Part shown: positions 9,459 through 18,000 of the stretch, piece by piece
Layout of the letters: each line of letters opens with the position of its first letter
How positions within the stretch are numbered: position 1 is the stretch's first letter
NCBI GenBank assembly: GCA_963771175.1
Contig: CAVYSY010000046.1
Coordinates: 64,001-128,000, forward strand
DNA: 64,000 bases
From: an uncultured delta proteobacterium
GTDB lineage: Bacteria; Myxococcota; Myxococcia; Myxococcales; Myxococcaceae
Direction: 5' to 3'
Translations under genes and position numbers: made by a program
The notes under the pieces: generated by a model
Databases searched by the model: none
Told to the model about the DNA's origin: nothing
The model's input: only the letters and a program-made list of their open reading frames with translations

Positions 9459-10033
9459 AAGGCTACCTGTGGACGGGCGGTCTCGAAGCGGGCCGGGGGG
9501 AGGGCTCCAGCAACGGTCGTCTCGCTCCCTGGGAAGCCATCGCCGTCGACGCGGTGGGCAATGTGATTGAGTTCTGGGGCTTCAAGCGCAACCAGGGCCG
9601 GGTGTGGGCCCTGCTGTACCTGCGCGGCGAGCCCCTCACCGCCGGGGAGATCGAGCGCGAGCTGGATCTGTCCAAGGGCGGAGTATCCATGCTGTTGAGG
9701 GACCTGGAGCGCTGGGGCGTGGTGCGGCGGGTGCGCCTGCCGCAGGACAGCGCGTGGCGCTACGGGGCGGAGACGGACCTCATCCGCATGGTGTCGCACG
9801 TGGTGGAGGAGCGGGAGGCGGGCTTCATCGAGCGGATCCGCGCGGACCTTTCCGAGGCGCGCCGGTTGGCCGAGGAGGCCGGAAACGTTCCCCATGAGCA
9901 TCTGGCGCGCCTGGAGAAGATGGCGACGCTTGCCGAGCACGTGGAGCGCGCGCTACGGCTGTTCGTCAAGACGGCGCGCCTGGACGTGGGCGGCATCCTC
10001 GGGGCGTTGCGCGAGGAGTCGACGCGGCGGTAG
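9455..10033 (+). CDS. GbsR/MarR-family transcriptional regulator
   Basis: WGFKRNQGRVWALLYL..PLTAGEI..LSKGGVSMLLRDLERWGVV winged helix; ATGA-coupled to the prenyl synthase. Confidence 0.85.
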   Translation: MKGYLWTGGLEAGRGEGSSNGRLAPWEAIAVDAVGNVIEFWGFKRNQGRVWALLYLRGEPLTAGEIERELDLSKGGVSMLLRDLERWGVVRRVRLPQDSAWRYGAETDLIRMVSHVVEEREAGFIERIRADLSEARRLAEEAGNVPHEHLARLEKMATLAEHVERALRLFVKTARLDVGGILGALREESTRR

Positions 10034-10057
10034 GCGGCCCGTACGAGGGAGTCACGC

Positions 10058-10579
10058 ATGGATTCGCATTACGATCAGGTGATGAAGGCGCGGAACCAGG
10101 CGGACACCGCGGCCTCGAAGCTGTACTTCGCGTACTCGACGATTCTGGACCGGGCGGCCTTCGAGGAGTGGCGCTCGCAGCACAGCTACGACTTCTTCGA
10201 GCTGCCCGAGGGCAAGCTGGCCGAGGCGCTGGACGTGGACCTCGTGTACGACTTCCCCTCGAGGTGGTGGGGAGGGCGGGTGGCGGGGCTGAAGGACGAG
10301 CCGGGGAAGAGCGTGTACGGGAGGCTCTTCGAGGTTTCCGGGAAGGACTGGCCCATCATCCAGCACAAGGAGGGCGCGGTGACGAGCATGTGCGTGGAGC
10401 GGCTCGTGCGCGTCCGGGTGGAAGGGCAGGAACTGCAGGCCACGGCGTTCGTGACGTCGCCGAGGCGCGCGTCCACCGAGGGCCCCATCAGCCAGCGGTT
10501 CATCGAGGCGCTGGTGCGCGGCGCGCAGAGCGCGGGACTGCCGGCGGACTACATCGAGCGGCTGCGCCGGGGCGAGTAG
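10058..10579 (+). CDS. Gamma-glutamylcyclotransferase-family protein
   Basis: LYFAY..VYGRLFEV..HKEG..GLPADYIERL motifs. Confidence 0.75.
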   Translation: MDSHYDQVMKARNQADTAASKLYFAYSTILDRAAFEEWRSQHSYDFFELPEGKLAEALDVDLVYDFPSRWWGGRVAGLKDEPGKSVYGRLFEVSGKDWPIIQHKEGAVTSMCVERLVRVRVEGQELQATAFVTSPRRASTEGPISQRFIEALVRGAQSAGLPADYIERLRRGE

Positions 10580-10644
10580 GGCGTCATCGTCTCAGGGGTG
10601 ACGATCCCGTAGGCTGGAGCCTTCCTCGAGTTGGAGGGCGTCTC

Positions 10645-11886
10645 CTGGCACATCGTCTGACCGCTGTGGTCCTGCTCCTGGCGCTGGTCACCGCGTGCGC
10701 TACCCCGCGTGTCGTACGCCTCGACACGGGGCTGGGTGCACCCCTGGAGTACCGGCCGCCCACCTCGAACGAGTCCGTGAGGGTGGACGCGGAAGCGTTC
10801 GAGGAAGCGCTGGCGAGGTTGGTGCTGAACGCGCCGCTGTTCCTCCGCTCCCCCCAGCAAGGCTGGCTGGTGCGCGCCAGCTACCCCGGCAATGGCGGGG
10901 ACCCGGGTCCGACGAGCAGGAGCTTCGGCGTCCTCTGCGGGCCGGGCCAGCGCGGAGTGGGCTGCCTGTCCCTGCTCGACGACGTGGTGGGCCTGGGCGA
11001 GTGGGACAAACTGGGAGTGTCGCTGGGCCTGGCTCTCGAGCCCCTGGGAGAGAGCATCTCCAAGGCGGTGGAGGACACCCTGGCCCCCCAGCTCTTCTAC
11101 GCGGTCATCGCCACGGGCCTCGTTGGCTGGGTGGTCCTGGCGGCGAACCCCGAGCCCGTGTTCACCAAGGCGGCGGCCATCGTGTCCGCGCTGATGTTGG
11201 TCTACCTGGGAGTGGAGACCTTCCTGGAGGTGGTGGAGGCCAGCAGGGAGCTGAAACGGGCCACCGACAGGGCCACGACTCCCGAGGAGTTGGAGCGGGC
11301 CGGCCAGCGCTTCGCGAAACGAGTGGGACCGGAGGTGGCACGCGTCTTCGTCCTCGCGGTGACGGTGGTGGTGAGCCAGGGAATGACCGGGGGCGCGGCG
11401 TGGCTGGCCTCTCGGCTGCCGATGCTGCCTGGCTTCTCGGAGGCAGCGGCGGTGGGGGCCTCACGGGTGGGCATCAACCTGGCGAGCCTGGAACAGGTGA
11501 GTGCGGTGGCCGTCGTGGGAAGCACCGTCGTCATCTCCCTGCCCGCCACGGCGGTCGCCATGGTGGCCCGAGGCATGGGAGAGGGCCAGGCGGCGTCTGG
11601 TGCGAGCGGACAGCTACACCACGTCATTTCCAAGCGGATCGCCGAAAAGCTTGAGGAGCATGCCACACTCCGAGGTCACTACACCGCGAGGGATCCACGG
11701 TTCGTCACGCGAGCGGCCGACAAGGACTCCCACAACGGCTACCAGCAATGGCACCGTGACGTAGATGACGAAGTCATCAGATGGCTTGAAAGATACGACA
11801 AAGCAACACCCGAGGAGTTCGTGACCTTCTTGCGGCAGATCTACAATCGGCCCGCGATGCGCGTGAGGTTCCCGGATGGCTTCTGA
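10645..11886 (+). CDS. SitA5-like lipoprotein polymorphic toxin with a His-rich C-terminal (predicted nuclease) domain
   Basis: Lipobox LVTAC followed by TPRVVRLDTG; hydrophobic helical escort region (PEPVFTK); C-terminal LHHVIS..SHNGYQQWH; best RBS-linked start is CTG. Confidence 0.75.
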   Translation: MAHRLTAVVLLLALVTACATPRVVRLDTGLGAPLEYRPPTSNESVRVDAEAFEEALARLVLNAPLFLRSPQQGWLVRASYPGNGGDPGPTSRSFGVLCGPGQRGVGCLSLLDDVVGLGEWDKLGVSLGLALEPLGESISKAVEDTLAPQLFYAVIATGLVGWVVLAANPEPVFTKAAAIVSALMLVYLGVETFLEVVEASRELKRATDRATTPEELERAGQRFAKRVGPEVARVFVLAVTVVVSQGMTGGAAWLASRLPMLPGFSEAAAVGASRVGINLASLEQVSAVAVVGSTVVISLPATAVAMVARGMGEGQAASGASGQLHHVISKRIAEKLEEHATLRGHYTARDPRFVTRAADKDSHNGYQQWHRDVDDEVIRWLERYDKATPEEFVTFLRQIYNRPAMRVRFPDGF

Positions 11887-12551
11887 AGTTCCCTCGCCCC
11901 CCATGCGTTTCTTCGTGCTGAAGAAGCTGAGGGAAGGCCAGCACGACACCGAGTTCAGCAGGGTCAGTTCGAACCTCGGCCCTGCGCTGCTCTGTCCCCA
12001 GTGCGGGGACACCATCGGGTCGCTGACCTGGCAGCCCCCCTACCAGGGCGAACTGGAACTCTACGGAAAGGACTTTGGGGATCTCGTGGAGGGCCCTTGT
12101 GGCGGCTTACTGGTCACCGAGCGCTTCGCGGAAGATTTCAAGGCGGAGGGGTTGACGGGGCTGAGCGGCTTTCATCCCGTCGAGGTGCTGCGGGTACGCC
12201 GCAGAGCGTCGTGGCCCCAAGCCCGGTCCACCGCCCCGGTATCTCTTCGTCACTCCGGCCTACGGCCACCCAGCGCTGGACATGGAGCGCAGCCGCCTGC
12301 GGATCAGCAAGCCCATCAAGTGCTCGTGGTGTCGCTACACCGGTATCGACGCCATCGACGGACTCGCCTTGGAGGAGGGCACGTGGAACGGGGAGGATGT
12401 GTTCCGGCCGCGCGGCCTTTGGGGGGTGATTATCGTCTCCGAGCGCTTCATGCGCTTCGCCGAGAGACATGCCATGAGTCACTTCACCCTGGTGCCCATC
12501 GAGAAATACGTCGTGGACCCGCTGGGCCTCTACTATCCGCAGTCGCTGTAA
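11876..12551 (+). CDS. Cognate immunity protein, double-CXXC type, with a 1-nt frameshift near 12205
   Basis: Overlaps the toxin stop; CPQCG in the first frame, CSWCR and IIVSERF in the second frame (ORF 12282-12551). Confidence 0.7.
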
Positions 12552-12572
12552 CTGGACCCGCCGAGCAGGAGT

Positions 12573-12587
12573 TGGCACGGCGATTGA
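12573..12587 (+). promoter_or_regulatory. Possible sigma-54 promoter (TGGCAC-N5-TTGA)
   Basis: Perfect -24 box and correct spacing; one mismatch in the -12 box; ~120 nt upstream of the CHASE kinase. Confidence 0.35.
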
Positions 12588-12708
12588 TAGGGCGGGCCTA
12601 CTGCTGGAGTCCCGTCCCGCCGGACCTCAGCGGGGAATCGATCAAGCACAGGGCCTGCCGCCTGCTCGCTTGCATTGCCAACAGAGCGCTCGGGATGCAT
12701 CTCCCTGT

Positions 12709-14979
12709 ATGTCCCGCCCGCGCCACTTCCGGGTCCCGTGGATCGTCCTTGGCCTCTCGCTCGCCGCGACCGCCGTGGCCACGATTGCGACCCTGTGGCT
12801 CATTCACACGCAGGAGCTCCGGCAATTCCAGAATCAGGCAAAAGCCGCGCGCATCCACCTCCAGACGCGAATGGACGCCTACGACGGCATTCTCAACTCC
12901 GGCGCGGATCTGATCTCCGGGACACGCGACCTCACCCGGGAGACCTTTCGTGGGGTCGTCACCAATCTCTTCAGTCGGACGAACCCGGGAGTTCAGGGGA
13001 TCGGCTACTCGCTCCGGGTTCCCCCGGGCGAAATCGCCAAGGTGGAGGAGCGGGCCCGCCAGAGTGGAATCGAGGACTTTCACATCTGGCCTGCCGGTCC
13101 GCGAGACGAATACCACACCATCTATTTCCTCGAGCCGATGAACGTCCGGAATCGTGCCGCGCTGGGCTACGACATGTTCTCCGAGCCCACACGCCGGGCA
13201 GCCATGGAGCGCGCGCGTGACACCGGAGAAGCCGCGATGTCCGGCAGGGTGACCCTGGTGCAGGAGATCGAAGGGCCCCGTCAGCCGGGCGTCCTCATCT
13301 ACGTTCCGGTCTATGAGGGGGGCGGCACTCCAGCGACGGTTGCGGAGCGGCGCGAGAAGCTGCTCGGCTTCATCTACAGCCCCTTTCGCACCGGAGACCT
13401 CTTCGAGAGTGTCTTCGGTAAGTCCTTCGACCTCCAGCACGAGGACCTGAAGGTAGCGGTGGCGATCTACGACGGAGCGGCGGAGCCGCAGAACCTCCTC
13501 TTCGACGAGCTCTCGTCCAGTCCCGCGCTCGAGCACCGTGGCTTCACCGAGGTAGAGGAAGTGCTGGTGGGCGGACGCTCGTGGACGGTGGTGGTCCACA
13601 GCCTCGCCCCATCGTACCCCGGAGGCTTCAGCGGTTTTCTTCCAGTCATTGTTCTCGTGGGAGGACTCTTCATCTCCTTCGTCTGCTCTGGCCTCTCATT
13701 TTTCGAGGCCAGGGCACGGGAGCTTGCGGAGCGACAGCGGTCCGCCGCGGAAAGCCTCACCCGCGTGGGCCTGGTGCTTGTGTCCAGGCTCACCACCCAG
13801 AGCATCCTTCAGCGGGTGGTCGAAGAGGGCACCCGTCTCACCCGGGCGGAGGCGGGCGCCTACTTCGAGAAACAGGGTCCGCAGCCGCAATGCATGGAGG
13901 CGCTGGCGGTCGCCCCCCATGAGGCCGTCGCCGAGCTCACGTCGGCCGCGGTGATGCCGTTGCTGGAGCGGATCTTCCTGGGCGAGCGCGTGCGCGAGGA
14001 GGACCTCCGGAAGGATCCCCTCCTCGGCGGGAGATGGACCGGCCGTGTCGGCGGGGCGTGGCCAGTGGTCAGCTGTCTGGGCGCCCCGGTGCGCAGCCGC
14101 AACGGGGAGACCATGGGCGCACTGCTGTTCGCGCACGCGGCGTCCGGGCACTTCCGGCCGGAGGACGTGCAGATGGTGGAGGGCCTCGCGGCGCAGGCTG
14201 CTGTGGCGCTGGACAACGCGCGCCTCTACCGCGAAGCACGGGACGCGGTCCGGGCGCGCGAGGAGTTCATGTCCATTGCTTCGCACGAGCTGAAGTCGCC
14301 CCTCACCGGCCTCGCGTTGCGGCTCCAGATGCTCGAGTCCATGGTGCGCTCGGGGGCGCCTCCCGAGCGTCTGCTCGCCTCCATCCAGGGCGGGCGTGCG
14401 GGGCTGCAGCGGCTTTCCCGGTTGCTCACGGATCTGCTTGATATGGCACGCATTACCGGGGGACGGCTTCAGATTGAAAGGGCCAATACCGACCTGAGCG
14501 AGCTGGTGCGCGAGGCAACGGAGAGGCTGGAGCCGCAGGCCGCACAAAGCGGGAGCCAGCTGCGGATCAACGCCGAGTCGAACCTGACTGGCTTCTGGGA
14601 CCGCCTGCGGCTCGAGCAGGTCGTCACCAACCTGCTGGACAACGCCGTCAAGTATGGGGCGGGGCAGCCGGTCGATATCACCGTTCACCGCGATGGGACC
14701 TGGGCGGTACTGGAGGTGGTGGACCATGGCATCGGGATCGATCCCGCGCGGCTGCCCAGGGTGTTCAACCCCTTCGAGCGTGGAGTCTCCGACCGACAAT
14801 ACGCGGGCCTCGGTCTCGGGCTGTACATCGCGCGGCAGATCGTGGACCTGCACGGAGGCACCATCCAGGTGGAGAGCCAACCCGGCGAGACGCGGTTCAC
14901 CGTGAGGCTGCCCTGCGCACCCGCGATGGCGGAGCTGGGGCATCGCTTCCCCGAAGGCGAAGCGCGCCCCATGCAATGA
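12709..14979 (+). CDS. Membrane sensor histidine kinase: CHASE-GAF-HisKA-HATPase
   Basis: Two TMs around a CHASE region (EP..NRAALGYDMFSEPTRR); H-box ASHELKSP, N-box NLLDNAVKY, DHGIG and GLGLG. Confidence 0.92.
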   Translation: MSRPRHFRVPWIVLGLSLAATAVATIATLWLIHTQELRQFQNQAKAARIHLQTRMDAYDGILNSGADLISGTRDLTRETFRGVVTNLFSRTNPGVQGIGYSLRVPPGEIAKVEERARQSGIEDFHIWPAGPRDEYHTIYFLEPMNVRNRAALGYDMFSEPTRRAAMERARDTGEAAMSGRVTLVQEIEGPRQPGVLIYVPVYEGGGTPATVAERREKLLGFIYSPFRTGDLFESVFGKSFDLQHEDLKVAVAIYDGAAEPQNLLFDELSSSPALEHRGFTEVEEVLVGGRSWTVVVHSLAPSYPGGFSGFLPVIVLVGGLFISFVCSGLSFFEARARELAERQRSAAESLTRVGLVLVSRLTTQSILQRVVEEGTRLTRAEAGAYFEKQGPQPQCMEALAVAPHEAVAELTSAAVMPLLERIFLGERVREEDLRKDPLLGGRWTGRVGGAWPVVSCLGAPVRSRNGETMGALLFAHAASGHFRPEDVQMVEGLAAQAAVALDNARLYREARDAVRAREEFMSIASHELKSPLTGLALRLQMLESMVRSGAPPERLLASIQGGRAGLQRLSRLLTDLLDMARITGGRLQIERANTDLSELVREATERLEPQAAQSGSQLRINAESNLTGFWDRLRLEQVVTNLLDNAVKYGAGQPVDITVHRDGTWAVLEVVDHGIGIDPARLPRVFNPFERGVSDRQYAGLGLGLYIARQIVDLHGGTIQVESQPGETRFTVRLPCAPAMAELGHRFPEGEARPMQ

Positions 14980-15093
14980 GCCAGCAAAAAGGGTGGCCGA
15001 TTAGCGGAGCGGTCGGTCCTACGCTTGGCGAAGCGAGCAGTCCTGAGAATGTAGTCTTCAGCCGGGTTCCACAGGGGGAGCCGTCTGACATCC

Positions 15094-18000
15094 ATGTACC
15101 TTCCAAAGCCGATATCACCCTCCAATTCCTTGGACATCCCGGGCTATCGATTGCTGGGCTCGCTCCGAGTGACGGGCGCGAATGTGCTGTTCCTCGCGGT
15201 GGGGGAGGCCGATAACCGGCCCGTCATCATCAAGACGCCAGCGAACCCCTCGCCCGGCCCGCGCGAGTGGGAGCGCTATCGCTGGGAGCACGGCATCCTG
15301 CAGCGGCTCCGGGATGTGCGTGGCGTATCTCGGGTCCACTCCTGCGAGCTGATCCAGGACCGTCCGGTCCTCATCCTGGAGGAGGTGGAGGGCGAGTCCC
15401 TGTTGGAGGCCGTGGGCCAGCGGTTCGCGATTTCCTCGTTCCTCGAGCTGGCCATCTCCATGGCCTCGGCCCTCGGGGAGATCCACCGGCGTGGCATCAT
15501 CCACAAGGATCTCAAGCCCTCCAACATCATCATCACGCCCGCGGGAGAGGCGCGGATCATCGACTTCGGGAGCGCCACCGTCCAACAGGTGGAGCACGTG
15601 GATTCGGCGGCCCCCAGCCTCATCGAAGGGACGCTGGCGTACATGTCTCCCGAGCAGACCGGGCGCATGAACCGAGCGGTGGATTACCGCACGGACCTCT
15701 ATTCGTTGGGGGTGACGTTCTACGAGCTGCTGACGGGCACCTTGCCTTTCTGCGCGAGTGATGCGCTCGGATGGTTCCATGCGCACCTGGCCCAGCTGCC
15801 GAGGCCACCCCAGGAGCTCGTCGCGACCCTCCCTCCCGCGCTGTCCGCCATCGTGATGAAGCTCCTGGCCAAGGTGGCCGAGGAGCGCTACCAGAGCGCC
15901 GAGGGACTGAAGGTGGACCTCGAGCGGTGCCGGGAGGACCTGCTCCAGGGGGTCTCCCGGGTGTTCCCACTGGGCGAGCGGGACTTCCCCAGCCGCTTCC
16001 AGATTCCCCAGCGCCTCTACGGGCGCGACGCCCATGTCGCCACCCTGTTCCAGGGGTTCGAGCGGATAGTCCAGGGGGGACGGCCAGAGCTCCTCCTGGT
16101 CAGTGGCTACTCCGGCATCGGCAAGTCGTCGGTGGTCAACGAGCTCCAACGGCCCGTGGTGGAGCGGCGCGGGTTCTTCCTGCGCGGCAAGTTCGATCAG
16201 TTCCAACGGGACGTTCCCTACGCCACCCTGGCCCAGGCCATCCGCGGGTTGGTGCGGCAGCTGCTCGCCGGTACCGACGAGGAGCTCGCGAAGTGGCGCG
16301 GACTCCTGAGGGAGGCCTGGGGGGACAATGGCCAGGTGCTGGTGGACCTGGTTCCGCAGCTGGAGCTCGTCGTGGGCAAGCAGCCGGCCATCCAGGAGCT
16401 GCCTCCCGCCGAGGCGCAGGTCCGCTTCAACCGCGTCTTCCAGCAGTTCCTCGGGGTCTTCTCCACCTCCGAGCACCCGCTCGTCGTGTTCCTCGATGAC
16501 CTGCAATGGGCGGATCTGGCCAGTCTGGGGATTCTCAAACATCTGCTCGGCGACGAGGACATGCCGCCGGTGCTGCTGGTGGGGGCCTATCGCGACAACG
16601 AGGTGAGCCCGTCCCACCCGCTGATGCTGATGCTGGAGGAGGTGCGAAAGACGGGCGCGAGGGTGACCGACATCCGGCTCGAGCCGCTGAGCGCCGCTCA
16701 ACTCCGGCAGCTCGTCGCCGATACGCTTCCGGGGGCGGGGGAGGAGCTCGTCGTGCCCCTCTCGGAGCTGATCCTCGAGAAGACGGGAGGCAATCCGTTC
16801 TTCCTCATCCAGCTGATGCTGACGCTGAACCAGGACGGACTGCTGGCGCGCACGCCGCAAGGGGCGTGGCGGTGGGATGCAGCCGGCGTGCGGGCGAAGG
16901 CCTACTCCGACAACGTCGTCGACTTCATGGTGGGCAAGCTGCGCCAGCTCCCCGCCGGGACGCAGCACCTCCTGCGCCTGGCGGCGTGTGTGGGCAGTGG
17001 CTTCCCGCTCCCGATGCTGGCCATCATCTCCGGCATCGAGGTGTCCGAGGTGGAGCAGAGCCTGGAGCCCGCGCTCCAGGAGGGTCTCCTGGCGCGTCAC
17101 GGAGCGGAGCAGTACCGGTTCCTCCATGACCGCATCCAGCAGGCGTCCCAGGCCCTCATCCCCGAGGAGGAGCGAGCGGCCGTCCACCTGAGCATCGGCC
17201 GCCTGCTGCTGGCGAGCCTGTCGCCGGAGGAGGTGCGCGAGAAGCTCTTCGACCTCGTGGGGCAGTTCAACGCCGGGGCGGCGCTGCTCGAAGACCCCGA
17301 GGAGCGCCTCCAGGTCGCGCGGCTCAACGCCGAGGCGGGTCGGAAGGCCAAGGCGTCAATCGCGTACCGCTCGGCCATTGCCTACTTCGAGGCGGCGTTC
17401 AATCTCCTCCCGGGGGAGCCCTGGACGACGGACCCCGAGCTGGCCTTCAAGCTGCGTCTCGAGCAGGCAACCTGCGAGTTCATGAATGGCAATGCCGCCG
17501 GGGCGCGCCACCTGTTGGCGGAGCTCCGCCCCCGGGCGAGAGTCTCCGCGGACATCGCGGCCGTCTACCGCCTGACGAGCGAGCTCCACCTCGCCATGGG
17601 GGAGGTCCCGGAGGCCATTACCTGTTTCCTGGAGTGTCTGGCCCTGCTGGGCATGCCGATGTCGCCACACCCCTCCTGGGAGGAGGTGGTGGCCGCCAAC
17701 GAGGAGGTGTGGGCCCTCCTGAATGGGCGCCCCATCGAGAGCCTCATCGACCTGCCCCTCCTGAAGGATCCGGAGATTCAGGCGGTGCTCGGTGTCCTGG
17801 GCGCCATGTTCGCCGCGGCCTTCTTCACCGACAACAACCTGCTCATCCTCCACCTCTGCCGGCTGGTCTCCCTGACCCTCCGGTACGGCAACAGTGAAGC
17901 GGCCGTGCACGGCTACGCCTGGTATGGCGTGGTGCTGGGGTCCGCCTTCAAGAAGTACCGGGAGGGCTATGCCTTCGGCACGCTCGCCTGCGCCCTCGTG

